A stretch of DNA of 61,713 bases, filler included. It is 5 parts of 5 records of this genome, joined end to end, with 100 filler letters (N's around TTAATTAATTAA, not from the genome) between each part and the next. Parts side by side here need not be neighbours in the genome. Positions count along the whole stretch, not along the records: positions 27,618 to 45,922 come from SRR20825010_2380; 4 more parts are not named here. The stretch is one strand, 5' to 3'. The notes beneath the pieces were generated by a model. The model did not search any database and had not been told where the DNA came from. It saw nothing but the letters and a program-made list of their open reading frames with translations. The stretch's first letter is position 1. Each line of letters starts with the position of its first letter. The position numbers were made by a program, and so were the translations under genes. This document shows, piece by piece, positions 30,013 to 39,900 of the stretch.

Positions 30013-30190
30013 AAGGATAGTCTCCCGTCTCTGATGCAAATGCGTCCCTGCGATGTCCGGAATTGTTTTTTCTCTCACCGCATAGCGGTCTTCCGGATCA
30101 TCGAGAGGAAATCTAGCAGGCAATAGGCGGAAGAAAAGAACTAAAGCGCAACCGGGCATTGTCAAACACCCGGTTGCGATCACAACTCCA

Positions 30191-32632
30191 TCAGGACTTG
30201 AGGGCTTCGTTGTCCGGATCGTAGGGGCTTTCGGCAACGATGCGCGCCGGACGGAGCTGGTCCAGCACGCGGACCTGGCATTCGGCGCCAACCACGGCCT
30301 TGTCGGTTCGGATGTAGCCGAGCATCAGCGATTTGCCGACGTAGTGGCCATAGCCGCCTGCCGTGCCCCGGCCGACCACCTCACCATCCATGAAGACCGG
30401 CTCGTTACCGAACGGATCGGCATCGTCCGCGTCGATCTCGATGGTGCAGTAGGTGTTCGGGATACCCTCTTCCTGCTGCCGCACCAGCGCATCGCGGCCG
30501 GTGAACTCACCCTTGTTGAGGCGCACGAAGCGCTTCAGGCCAGCTTCGAGAATGGTGTTCTCCGCGTTCAGGTCCGTGCCCCAGAGACGGTAGGTCTTCT
30601 CCAGCCGCATAGAGTCCATCGCCCGCATACCGACGAGGCCGATATCGAACTCCTTACCGGCCTCCATGATCGCGTCAAACAGATGCTGTTGATACTCGAT
30701 CGGGTGATGCAGCTCCCAGCCGAGCGAGCCGACAAAGTTCACCCGCAGTGCACGCACGTTCGGGCAATAGCCGACCGGGATTTCCTGCATGGTGAGCCAC
30801 GGGAAGGCTTCGTTCGAGACATCCGCGTCGGCCAGCTTTTCCAGCACCTTGCGGGAGTCGGGACCGGCCAGCACGAAGACGCCGTATTGGGTCGTGATGT
30901 CCTTCAGGAAGACCGAGCCGTCACGCGGCAATTTCTTCTGCAGGAAATCGAGATCGTAATCGTGCCCGGCTCCCGGGCCGATGACGAAGAAACGCTCGCC
31001 ATAGAAGCTGTCCGGCATCCTTGTGATGGTGAATTCGGACCGGATCGAGCCCGACGGATTCAGCGCATGACAGAGATTGATCCGGCCAATGCCTTTCGGA
31101 ATGGAGTTGGCGACCATACCATCCAGCCACTCACGCGCGCCCGGCCCCTCAACCTCGTACTTGGCGAAGGAGGAAAGCTCCAGCAGACCGACGCGCTCGC
31201 GCATGGTGCGGACTTCGTTACCCACATGCTCGAACCAGTTGGAGCGGCGGTAGGAATAGATATCCTTGCGCTCCACGCCCTTCGGCGCGAACCAGTTCGG
31301 ACGCTCCCAGCCGAAGCGCGCGCCCCAGACGGCCCCGGCCTCGTCCAGGCTCTTGTGCACCGGGACGGTCTTGGCCGGACGGCCCGCCTCGCGCTCTTCC
31401 ATCGGAAAGTGATTGAAGAAGACGTGCTCGTAGGCTTCCTCGTTCTTGATCTTGGCGAAGTTCTTGGAGACGACACCGAAGCGGCGCGGGTCGACACCGA
31501 TCATGTCGACCGACGGCTCGCCGTCGACGATCCAGTTGGCGAGCTGCCAGCCGGCACCACCCGCGGCGGTGACGCCGAAGCTGTGGCCTTCCGAGATCCA
31601 GAAATTCTCCAGACCGAAAGCCGGGCCAACCATCGGGTTTCCATCCGGCGTGTAGGAAATCGGGCCGTTCACGATGTCCTTGATGCCGGCATTCTCGAAG
31701 GACGGCACGCGGGCCATGCAGGCCTCGACATGCGGCATCAGGCGCTCGAGGTCGCCCGGGAAGAGATCCTTCTCGAAGCTCGACGGCACGCCATCGACGA
31801 AGCAGGCCGGCGCATGGCGCTCATAGGGGCCAAGAATCCAGCCATGACGCTCTTCACGGAAATAATATTGTGAGTCGGATTCGCGCAACACCGGCAGCTC
31901 GTGATTTCCTGCTTCGCGATATTCCTTCAGGGTTGGGTCGATATCGGTGACGATATATTGGTGCTCGACCGGGATCGCCGGAATTTCGAGCCCGACCATT
32001 TTCGCCGTTGTCCGGGCATAGTTACCCGTCGCGCAGATCACATGCTCACAGCGGATATCGCCCTTGTCGGTCTTGACGATCCATTCGCTGTTCTCGCGCT
32101 CGATGCCGTTGACCTGGGTCTGCTGATAAATCTCGGCACCATGCATCCGCGCGCCCTTGGCCAGCGCCATGGTGAGGTCGACCGGCGCGATATGACCGTC
32201 GGACGGATGCCAGAGAGCGCCGACAAGATCATCCGTCGTCGCCAGCGGCCAAAGCTTCTTGATCTCGTCGACACCGATCAGGTGCGCCTCGACGCCGATG
32301 GTTTCCGCCGTGCACTGATAGTTCCGGTATTCGTCCATGCGCTCCCGGTTGGTGGCGAGGCGCAGGTTACCGGTCTGGTGGAAGCTGACGGCCTGACCGG
32401 TCTCTTCCTCGAGCGTCTTGTACAGCTCGACGGAATACTGGTGCAGCTGGCCGACGCTGTAGCTCATGTTGAAAAGCGGCAACAGGCCGGCCGCGTGCCA
32501 GGTGGAGCCTGCCGTCAGCTCCGTCCGCTCCAGGAGCACCACATCGCTCCAGCCTTTCTTGGCGAGATGATACAGGGTGCTGACCCCGACCACGCCACCG
32601 CCGATCACCACTGCCCGTGCCTGCGTCTTCAT
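30191..32632 (-). CDS. dimethylglycine/sarcosine dehydrogenase-like GcvT-family flavoprotein
   Basis: VVIGGGVVG, GSTWHAAG, NGPISYTPDG, GWERPNWF, C-terminal GcvT domain (RVNFVG.LGWELH, SMRLEK). Confidence 0.93.
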   Translation of the reverse strand: MKTQARAVVIGGGVVGVSTLYHLAKKGWSDVVLLERTELTAGSTWHAAGLLPLFNMSYSVGQLHQYSVELYKTLEEETGQAVSFHQTGNLRLATNRERMDEYRNYQCTAETIGVEAHLIGVDEIKKLWPLATTDDLVGALWHPSDGHIAPVDLTMALAKGARMHGAEIYQQTQVNGIERENSEWIVKTDKGDIRCEHVICATGNYARTTAKMVGLEIPAIPVEHQYIVTDIDPTLKEYREAGNHELPVLRESDSQYYFREERHGWILGPYERHAPACFVDGVPSSFEKDLFPGDLERLMPHVEACMARVPSFENAGIKDIVNGPISYTPDGNPMVGPAFGLENFWISEGHSFGVTAAGGAGWQLANWIVDGEPSVDMIGVDPRRFGVVSKNFAKIKNEEAYEHVFFNHFPMEEREAGRPAKTVPVHKSLDEAGAVWGARFGWERPNWFAPKGVERKDIYSYRRSNWFEHVGNEVRTMRERVGLLELSSFAKYEVEGPGAREWLDGMVANSIPKGIGRINLCHALNPSGSIRSEFTITRMPDSFYGERFFVIGPGAGHDYDLDFLQKKLPRDGSVFLKDITTQYGVFVLAGPDSRKVLEKLADADVSNEAFPWLTMQEIPVGYCPNVRALRVNFVGSLGWELHHPIEYQQHLFDAIMEAGKEFDIGLVGMRAMDSMRLEKTYRLWGTDLNAENTILEAGLKRFVRLNKGEFTGRDALVRQQEEGIPNTYCTIEIDADDADPFGNEPVFMDGEVVGRGTAGGYGHYVGKSLMLGYIRTDKAVVGAECQVRVLDQLRPARIVAESPYDPDNEALKS

Positions 32633-32799
32633 TTGCCCATATCCCCGTAAACCGGCCTGCCGGTTGAATTTCATTGCCCGAGCAGTGATCGCACCATTTC
32701 CGCGCACGCAATTCACGAAAAGCGACCGGGTGATGTCGGATTCGGAACGTTGGGAATCCCTACAATTTGGCGGATTGCGTCCATATTGACGCGAGCGCT

Positions 32800-32829
32800 T
32801 TGACAAGTGGGAACGAGCGTGGTTAGGGT
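32800..32829 (+). promoter_or_regulatory. putative sigma70 promoter for the polyamine ABC operon
   Basis: TTGACA-N18-TAGGGT about 85 nt upstream of the ATPase start. Confidence 0.4.
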
Positions 32830-32914
32830 TGTTACCAGATCGTGAAAACACGACGGTAAGCCGGTCTGCGAGAGGAACGCGCGACCGCAGGGGCAGAACA
32901 GGGGCACAAAATCT

Positions 32915-34003
32915 ATGTCAAACGGCAACCAGCCGTTCGTTCAGTTTAAGAACGTTCAAAAGACCTATGACGGTGAGATTCTTGTCGTCAAAGACCTCAA
33001 CCTGGATATTGAGAACGGCGAGTTCCTGACCATGTTGGGCCCGTCCGGTTCCGGGAAAACAACCTGCCTCATGATGCTGGCTGGTTTCGAAACACCGACC
33101 CAGGGCCAGATCCTGCTCGGCGGCACGGAACTCAACAATGTACCGCCACACAAGCGCGGCATTGGCATGGTGTTCCAGAACTACGCGCTGTTCCCTCATA
33201 TGAGCGTCGCCGAAAACCTCGCCTTCCCGCTTGAGGTTCGGAAATTGTCGAAAGCCGACACCGAGCAGAAGGTCAACCGGGCACTCGACATGGTCGAACT
33301 CGGCGCCTTTGGCGACCGGCGCCCGGCACAGCTTTCCGGTGGTCAGCAGCAACGTGTGGCCCTGGCCCGCGCCCTCGTCTTCGAGCCCGATCTGGTGCTG
33401 ATGGATGAGCCTCTCGGCGCGCTCGACAAAAATCTGCGTGAGCAGATGCAGTATGAGATCAAGCACATCCACGAAAATCTCGGCATGTCCGTCGTCTATG
33501 TGACGCATGACCAGTCCGAAGCGCTGACCATGTCGGATCGCATTGCGGTCTTCAACGACGGCAAGATCCAGCAGCTCGCGAAACCCGCCGATCTTTACGA
33601 ACGCCCGGAAAATGCTTTCGTGGCCCAGTTCATCGGCGAGAACAACCGGCTCTCGGGCAAGGTTACCGCCGTCAACGGCACCGGATGCACGGTGGAAGTC
33701 GCCGGCAATGCGGTGCAATCCCTCAAGGTCAATATTGCGGGCAAGGGCGAGACATCGACATTGTCGATCAGGCCGGAGCGGGTACAGCTCGCGCCGGAGC
33801 CGGGATCCCTGCCGAATATCTTCGACGCCAAGGTGCTGGAGCTGATTTATCTCGGCGACCACATCCGGTGCCGGATGGCCTGTTGTGGCGATGACGAGTT
33901 CATCGTCAAGGTCCCCAATACCCACAAGCATACCTCAATCGCCAAGGGCGACGATGTACGCGTGGGTTGGGAAATCGACGATTGCCGAGCACTGGACGCC
34001 TAA
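32915..34003 (+). CDS. polyamine ABC transporter ATP-binding protein (PotA-like)
   Basis: GPSGSGKT, VFQNYALFPHM, LSGGQQQR, DEPLGALD, C-terminal TOBE region. Confidence 0.93.
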   Translation: MSNGNQPFVQFKNVQKTYDGEILVVKDLNLDIENGEFLTMLGPSGSGKTTCLMMLAGFETPTQGQILLGGTELNNVPPHKRGIGMVFQNYALFPHMSVAENLAFPLEVRKLSKADTEQKVNRALDMVELGAFGDRRPAQLSGGQQQRVALARALVFEPDLVLMDEPLGALDKNLREQMQYEIKHIHENLGMSVVYVTHDQSEALTMSDRIAVFNDGKIQQLAKPADLYERPENAFVAQFIGENNRLSGKVTAVNGTGCTVEVAGNAVQSLKVNIAGKGETSTLSIRPERVQLAPEPGSLPNIFDAKVLELIYLGDHIRCRMACCGDDEFIVKVPNTHKHTSIAKGDDVRVGWEIDDCRALDA

Positions 34004-34027
34004 TCGCGTCCAGCGAACGGAAAAAGG

Positions 34028-34053
34028 AAGCCGGTCCCCCCATCCGGTTTTTT
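34028..34053 (+). terminator. weak terminator-like hairpin between ATPase and SBP genes
   Basis: AAGCCGG-N9-CCGGTTTTTT. Confidence 0.35.
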
Positions 34054-34114
34054 ATAAGCGGCACTGCCGCGAACAATTCCAGGGGTCAATCCGAAACAGG
34101 GAGTTCTTCGCAAA

Positions 34115-35185
34115 ATGAACGCTGTTAAACCATCCAGGCTTCTGATCGCGGCCCTTGCCGCCATCGGCCTGTCCACGGCAGCACAGGCTGCCGACACCAT
34201 CACTGTTGTTTCCTGGGGCGGTTCCTACACCACCAGCCAGGTTGAGGCATACCACAAGCCGTGGATCGCCAAGACCGGCAACCAGATCAACTCTGAAGAC
34301 TATAACGGCGGCCTCGCGGAAATCCGCGCACAGGTTGAAGCCGGTAACGTCACCTGGGATCTGGTCGACGTCGAGCTGGCCGACGCGGTACGCGGTTGTG
34401 ACGAAGGCATCCTCGAGCCGCTTCCGCTGGACGAGCTTCCGGCCGGTGCCGATGGTACCCCCGCGAAAGACGACTTCATTGCCGGTACTCTGCATGAGTG
34501 CGCGGTCGGCGAAATCGTCTGGTCCACCGTCTATGCCTACGACACCACCAAAGTCGCAGCCAAGCCGGCTTCCATCGCCGACTTCTTCGACCTGGAGAAA
34601 ATCCCGGGCAAGCGCGGCCTGCGCAAGACCGCGAAGGTGAACCTGGAATGGGCCCTGATGGCGGACGGCGTTCCGGCCGACAAGGTTTATGAAACCCTCG
34701 CCACTCCAGAAGGCGTCGATCAGGCTTTCGCCAAGCTCGACACCATCAAGAACGACGTTGTCTGGTGGGAAGCGGGCGCTCAGCCGCCGCAGCTCCTGGC
34801 CGACGGCGAAGTGGTCATGACCAGTGCCTATAACGGCCGCCTGTTCAACGCGATCGTGAACGAGAAAAAGCCGTTCGACATCATCTGGGACGGCCAGGTC
34901 TGGGACATCGATCTCTGGGTCATGCCGAAGGGTTCCAAGAACAAGGAAGCCGCGCTGGACTTCATCAAGTTCTCCACGGACACCCAGCGTCTTGCCGATC
35001 AGGCGAAGTACATCTCCTACGGTCCGGTCCGGAAATCTTCCTTCGCGAAGGTTGCTCCGGAAATGCAGCCGCACATGCCGACTGCTCCGGCCAACTTCAA
35101 GAACCCGCTGCAGAACGACTTCGGGTTCTGGGCTGACTATGGCGACGAGCTGAACGAGCGTTTCAACGCCTGGCTCGCCGGCTAA
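34115..35185 (+). CDS. polyamine-type ABC substrate-binding protein
   Basis: Signal peptide; VVSWGGSY, WDLVDVE, PPQLLADGEV, YNGR. Confidence 0.9.
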   Translation: MNAVKPSRLLIAALAAIGLSTAAQAADTITVVSWGGSYTTSQVEAYHKPWIAKTGNQINSEDYNGGLAEIRAQVEAGNVTWDLVDVELADAVRGCDEGILEPLPLDELPAGADGTPAKDDFIAGTLHECAVGEIVWSTVYAYDTTKVAAKPASIADFFDLEKIPGKRGLRKTAKVNLEWALMADGVPADKVYETLATPEGVDQAFAKLDTIKNDVVWWEAGAQPPQLLADGEVVMTSAYNGRLFNAIVNEKKPFDIIWDGQVWDIDLWVMPKGSKNKEAALDFIKFSTDTQRLADQAKYISYGPVRKSSFAKVAPEMQPHMPTAPANFKNPLQNDFGFWADYGDELNERFNAWLAG

Positions 35186-35193
35186 CAGACTTC

Positions 35194-35227
35194 CGGTCGG
35201 GGGCGGCGTACGCGCCGCCCCCGACCG
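35194..35227. repeat. perfect 15-bp GC hairpin after the SBP gene
   Basis: CGGTCGGGGGCGGCG-TACG-CGCCGCCCCCGACCG; no U-tract. Confidence 0.8.
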
Positions 35228-35285
35228 ATCCTCAACCCCGGGCTCCGGGCTGTGGTTGAGGATCGGTTTGGAAGGATCTGGGAAT

Positions 35286-36548
35286 ATGGCGGCAATCACC
35301 GAAAATGACGGCCTGATGCGCGCGGCGGACGGTACGCCGCTGAAGCAAGCGCTCGCACGGGCCACACGCATGAACAAGATGCGCGCGTTCCTGCTGACCA
35401 CACCATTGCTTGCCTTCATTCTGGTGACCTTCATCCTGCCCATCGGCATGATGCTGTTCCGCAGTGTCGACACCCCGGAAGTCTCCGAAGCCTTTCCGAA
35501 GACCATCGCCATCCTGAAAGACTGGGACGGTACCGGCACACCAAGCGAAGAGGTCTATGCCTCGCTCTCAGCCGAGATGTCGGACCCGGAAAACCGTTTC
35601 AAACTCGGCAAGGCCGGCACCCGGCTGAACTATATCGAGAGCGGGTTCCGCTCCCTGATGAACCGGACGGTCCGCCGGATAAAGCGTGTCGAAGCGGCGC
35701 CCTACAAGGACGCCCTCATCCAGATCGACAAGCGCTGGGGTGAAACCGACACCTGGAAGACCATCCGGCTCGCCGGAGAACCCTATACCTACCGCGCCTA
35801 TCTGAACGCCCTCGACCTGACCCAGGCCCCGAGTGGCGAGATTGTCGCGCAGCCCGAAATCAAGCAGATCTACGTGACCCTGTTCGAACGCACGATCTGG
35901 GTTTCGCTTGGCGTCACCCTGGCCTGTATCCTGCTCGCTTATCCGATCTCCTACCTGCTCGCGACCCTGCCTTCCGGGACCAGCAACCTGCTGATGATCT
36001 TTGTGCTGTTGCCGTTCTGGACTTCGCTTCTGGTCCGGACGACATCCTGGATCGTGCTGCTGCAGACCAACGGCGTGATAAACGACATTCTGGTATCGCT
36101 CGGGCTCGTGGGGACCGATGACCGTATCCAGATGATCTACAACATGACCGGCACCTTTATCGCCATGTCGCACATCCTGCTGCCGTTCATGGTTCTGCCG
36201 CTCTATTCGGTGATGAAGACGATCCCGAAAGACCACATGCGGGCGGCCCGGTCGCTCGGCGCCAACCCGATGATCGCCTTTATGCGGATCTACATGCCGC
36301 AGACGGTGCCGGGCGTGGGCGCGGGCTCGATCCTCGTCTTCATTCTGGCCATCGGCTACTACATCACCCCGGCCCTGGTCGGCGGCCAGGATGGCCAGCT
36401 GATCAGTAACATCATCGAATACCACATGAAGAAATCGCTGAACTGGAGCCTCGCGGCAGCGCTCGGCGGCATTCTGCTCGCTGGCGTGCTCGCCCTCTAC
36501 TGGCTCTATAACCGCATCGTCGGCATCAACAACATGAAGCTCGGTTAA
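35286..36548 (+). CDS. polyamine ABC permease (PotB-like, large periplasmic loop)
   Basis: LLPFWTSLLVRT, HILLPFMVLP, RAARSLGA, GYYITPALVGG. Confidence 0.92.
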   Translation: MAAITENDGLMRAADGTPLKQALARATRMNKMRAFLLTTPLLAFILVTFILPIGMMLFRSVDTPEVSEAFPKTIAILKDWDGTGTPSEEVYASLSAEMSDPENRFKLGKAGTRLNYIESGFRSLMNRTVRRIKRVEAAPYKDALIQIDKRWGETDTWKTIRLAGEPYTYRAYLNALDLTQAPSGEIVAQPEIKQIYVTLFERTIWVSLGVTLACILLAYPISYLLATLPSGTSNLLMIFVLLPFWTSLLVRTTSWIVLLQTNGVINDILVSLGLVGTDDRIQMIYNMTGTFIAMSHILLPFMVLPLYSVMKTIPKDHMRAARSLGANPMIAFMRIYMPQTVPGVGAGSILVFILAIGYYITPALVGGQDGQLISNIIEYHMKKSLNWSLAAALGGILLAGVLALYWLYNRIVGINNMKLG

Positions 36549-36559
36549 GGAGAAAGACC

Positions 36560-37414
36560 ATGGCAGCCCTTCCCTCCTACGCCGGCCCGCTCGAGCGTTT
36601 CTGGTATTATGCCTACCGCGTTCTGTGCGGCTCGATCTTCCTGTTCCTGATCGCCCCGATCATCGTGATGATCCCGCTATCCTTCAATGCGGAGCCGTAT
36701 TTCACCTTCACGCCGGAAATGCTGGCCTTCAAGCCGGAAGCATTCTCGACGCGCTGGTATCAGGACATTCTGGATAACGAGCAGTGGCTGCACTCGATGA
36801 AGAACAGCTTCATCGTCGGCACGGCGGCAACGCTTCTGGCAACCTCTCTCGGCACCGTCGCCGCGCTTGGCCTGTCCCGGGCGGACATGCCCTACCGGAC
36901 CCTGATCATGGGGCTTCTGCTCTCGCCGATGATCGTGCCGCTGATCATCACCGCGGCCGGCCTGTTCTTCTTCTATTCCTGGATCGGCCTTGCCCAGACC
37001 TATACCGGCCTGATCCTGGCCCATACAGCCCTTGGCACGCCTTTCGTGGTGATCACGGTGACGGCAACCCTCTCGGGCTTTGACCGTAACCTGATCCGGG
37101 CTTCGGCCAGCCTTGGCGCCACCCCGCAGCGGACCTTCTTCAAGGTGATCCTGCCGCTGATTTCCCCCGGCGTGATCTCCGGCGGCCTGTTCGCCTTCGT
37201 CACATCCTTCGACGAGGTTGTGGTCGCCCTGTTCCTGGCCGGGTTCGAGCAGCGCACGGTGCCCCGGCAGATGTGGGCCGGTATCCGCGAGCAGATCAGC
37301 CCGACGATCCTTGCCGTCGCCACGATTCTGGTCGGCATCTCGATCCTGCTGCTGGCCACCATGGAAGTCCTGCGCCGCCGTTCCGAGCGCCTGCGCGGCC
37401 TTAGCCCGAACTGA
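36560..37414 (+). CDS. polyamine ABC permease (PotC-like)
   Basis: SPMIVPLII, LAHT.LG.PFV, ASLGA, SFDEVVV; AAGGAG RBS. Confidence 0.92.
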   Translation: MAALPSYAGPLERFWYYAYRVLCGSIFLFLIAPIIVMIPLSFNAEPYFTFTPEMLAFKPEAFSTRWYQDILDNEQWLHSMKNSFIVGTAATLLATSLGTVAALGLSRADMPYRTLIMGLLLSPMIVPLIITAAGLFFFYSWIGLAQTYTGLILAHTALGTPFVVITVTATLSGFDRNLIRASASLGATPQRTFFKVILPLISPGVISGGLFAFVTSFDEVVVALFLAGFEQRTVPRQMWAGIREQISPTILAVATILVGISILLLATMEVLRRRSERLRGLSPN

Positions 37415-37541
37415 TTTTCAGTATTTTGTATTCCGGGGGCTCATTTTGCATGAGCCCCCTTTACATCTGCGGCATATGGTCCCATTTTAAGAATGGTTCG
37501 CAAAAACCTGTGCGAGATCAAAAACCTCTATGAGGCGATAG

Positions 37542-38081
37542 ATGTACCGCGATAATTCACTGATCCCGAAGGAAGCTATCCGCATGGCGGCGCTTGGCGC
37601 GCTGTCGGCAGGTCCCCGGCCTTATGCGGATATTGCCGGTGAAGTCCGCCAGTTCGCGGCACGCATCGTCGGCCCGTCTCTCGATCTGCTTGGCAGCTCC
37701 ATCGAATTGCTGAAATTCGAGGGGCTGATCGCTCCTGTCTCCGGAGAGGGGTTTGAGGATAATGCCGAACTTCATCTGACCGACGCAGGCTGGGCGGCAC
37801 TCAAGGATTACCTGACCGCGACCGTGCGGCCGGGCGCAAACGACCTGAACAAGCTTGTCATCGCGCTGAAGCTCCGCTTCCTGCATCTGCTCGAGAAGGA
37901 AGACCAGGTCGAGCAGATTGATAATCTGCGGGGGCTCTTCCAGGGCGAACATGCCCGCCTGTTCGATCTCCTCACCCATGAAGAATGGCAGCAAGGCCAT
38001 CTGCGGGCCTGGATCGAAATGGAAATCGCCCAGGTCGCGGACCGCATTGCCTGGTGCGACCGCATCGTCTCCGAACTTTAG
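37542..38081 (+). CDS. hypothetical winged-helix protein (PadR-like architecture)
   Basis: AALGAL..GP..Y..., ELLKFEGLI, LTDAGWAALKDYL wing motif, KLRFL, C-terminal helix ending RIAW; GAGG RBS. Confidence 0.6.
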   Translation: MYRDNSLIPKEAIRMAALGALSAGPRPYADIAGEVRQFAARIVGPSLDLLGSSIELLKFEGLIAPVSGEGFEDNAELHLTDAGWAALKDYLTATVRPGANDLNKLVIALKLRFLHLLEKEDQVEQIDNLRGLFQGEHARLFDLLTHEEWQQGHLRAWIEMEIAQVADRIAWCDRIVSEL

Positions 38082-38303
38082 CCCAGACCTTTCTCTACAG
38101 ACGCAGCCCTGTCTGACGGCTTAATGGGCCGGTAAGTTTGAGGGTGAGTCAGGTGGACAAAAACATATCTTCATCATGAACAATGAACGCGGTCCCCGCA
38201 TATTGTTTGTGATTTAATTTTAATTTTATATATTTTTTAACATTTACGCCACACACTGTGGATCCTGACCGAACCCGGCTCACGCTGCAGGAAGGATCGC
38301 TCT

Positions 38304-38711
38304 ATGATGATGGCCTTTTTCAGACCGCGCACGGCTCCCGCATCTCCGGCAAACGGCCTGGCGACGATGGTCGATCTTCGGCCACGCGGCGATTCATATG
38401 TCCGCATTGGCCGGAGCGATTACCCCATACATTGCTGGTCTCCAGCCGGCTTCACCCTCGCACCCTATACCGGCTCCCTGATCAGCCGCCAGAAAGCACG
38501 GGTGAACATGCTGGTGCGGGACATCCATGATCCCGACGGCCCATTGGCCATCGATGGCGAGGTCATTGTCGACGTCGCAGAGAATGGAATTCTGTCCGCC
38601 CGCTGGGTCGGGCTGCCTAAATACAAGCTTGCGGCAATGACCGACTATTATGCGGGTAAGCGGTCGCTCCAGTCGAACAGCCGCCTCAGAACATGTGCTG
38701 CCCGCCGGTAA
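38304..38711 (+). CDS. hypothetical protein, degenerate PilZ-like beta domain
   Basis: V.IG...YP..xWSxxGF pattern followed by beta-strand-like segments; AGGA RBS; AT-rich upstream region. Confidence 0.45.
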   Translation: MMMAFFRPRTAPASPANGLATMVDLRPRGDSYVRIGRSDYPIHCWSPAGFTLAPYTGSLISRQKARVNMLVRDIHDPDGPLAIDGEVIVDVAENGILSARWVGLPKYKLAAMTDYYAGKRSLQSNSRLRTCAARR

Positions 38712-39426
38712 CGAAGATTTCCGTCCCGGTCACATAACCTGAATCTTCCGAGCACAGATAATGGATCGTCGAGGCCACGTCTTTCGGCGTGCCCATCCGG
38801 TTCAGCGGAATGCGCGGGATCAGCATCTCGTATTCCGGAGACAGCATCGCCGTCTCGATCTCGCCCGGCGCCACCGCGTTGACGCGCACCCCAAGCTCGG
38901 CGAACTCGTTCGCCATCTCCCGTGTCAGCGAAGACAAAGCCGCCTTCGACGTGCTGTAGGCGGAGCCGGCAAAGGGATGAATGAAATGGCCCGCAATCGA
39001 GGTGATATTGACGATCGCCCCGTTCCCTCTGTGCAAGGCCGCCGCAAAACCGCGGGCAAGCCGTAAGGGAGCGAAGAAATTCACCTCGAACACCTGCCGC
39101 CACTCATCCAGATCCCCGTTCAGACACCCGAGGCGCTCCTTGAACGGTGTCTTCGGCGACCAGCCTGCATTGTTCACCAGAGCGTGCAGCGGCCTGTCCC
39201 CGAGCAACTCGTTAGCCTCAACAATGAAATTGTCGAGGCTGTCCGAGTCCGTCAGGTCGGCGGTGATATGGTGGCTCCAGTTCGGATCGCGCCGGCACTC
39301 ATCCGGCGGCGCATCGCGCGAACAGGTGATGATTTCCCAATTCCGTTCGCTGAAGAAACGGACCGTGGCATGGCCGATGCCCCGGCTTGCGCCGGTCAGC
39401 AGCATGGTTTTCTGAATCGTGCTCAT
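38686..39426 (-). CDS. short-chain dehydrogenase/reductase
   Basis: TGASRGIG, NNAG, YSTSK, VNAVAPG. Confidence 0.93.
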   Translation of the reverse strand: MSTIQKTMLLTGASRGIGHATVRFFSERNWEIITCSRDAPPDECRRDPNWSHHITADLTDSDSLDNFIVEANELLGDRPLHALVNNAGWSPKTPFKERLGCLNGDLDEWRQVFEVNFFAPLRLARGFAAALHRGNGAIVNITSIAGHFIHPFAGSAYSTSKAALSSLTREMANEFAELGVRVNAVAPGEIETAMLSPEYEMLIPRIPLNRMGTPKDVASTIHYLCSEDSGYVTGTEIFVTGGQHMF

Positions 39427-39500
39427 GGCGCCGGAGTGTAAGCAAATACGGCGGCCCAAGAAAGGCCGCCGCACGCATCAATTATGTTTGTCATCGAAGC

Positions 39501-39869
39501 TTATTTAACGGCCACAACCTGAAAGGTTCGCTGCATGCCGTCATGCTCGGTAATGGAGACATATTCTCCCTCGACGAAGTGATGCCGGTCGAACTTGAAG
39601 ATCGCCTCGTCATCTTCATCGCCTTCCGCATAGTCGAACAGCCAGCGGCGGCCACGGGTATGAACGAGATGACCGTTCTCGTCCGGCTCACCCTGCCAGA
39701 AGCGACGCACGGTGCACTCGCTCTTCACCTTCTGCCAGGCGTCGAGATCAAGACTTCCATCCGCAGTCAGCGGCGCCTTGAATTCATAGCCGTAATTGGC
39801 GCTGCCTTCCGGGAAGTCCGGGTTTCTCGCCAATTCAAGGCGAATGGTACGAACGCTCACGAGACTCAC
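39501..39869 (-). CDS. conserved hypothetical protein
   Basis: RLELARNPDFPEGS..GYEF.APL, C.VRRFW.GE, W.FDY, H.F..GEYVSI; AAGGAG RBS; follows the USP gene. Confidence 0.75.
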   Translation of the reverse strand: MSLVSVRTIRLELARNPDFPEGSANYGYEFKAPLTADGSLDLDAWQKVKSECTVRRFWQGEPDENGHLVHTRGRRWLFDYAEGDEDDEAIFKFDRHHFVEGEYVSITEHDGMQRTFQVVAVK

Positions 39870-39900
39870 TCCTTTATTCAGACGGGTGTGGCCGGAAAGC

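Noticed and set aside
28387-31873. 525-aa and 509-aa plus-strand ORFs
   Set aside because: Antisense shadows of the SBP and dehydrogenase genes.
8822-32632. Two similar GcvT-family dehydrogenase starts as a duplication or shared pathway
   Set aside because: They are on different contigs, probably from different organisms.
34052-35539. 495-aa minus-strand ORF
   Set aside because: Antisense to the polyamine SBP and permease; no recognisable domain.
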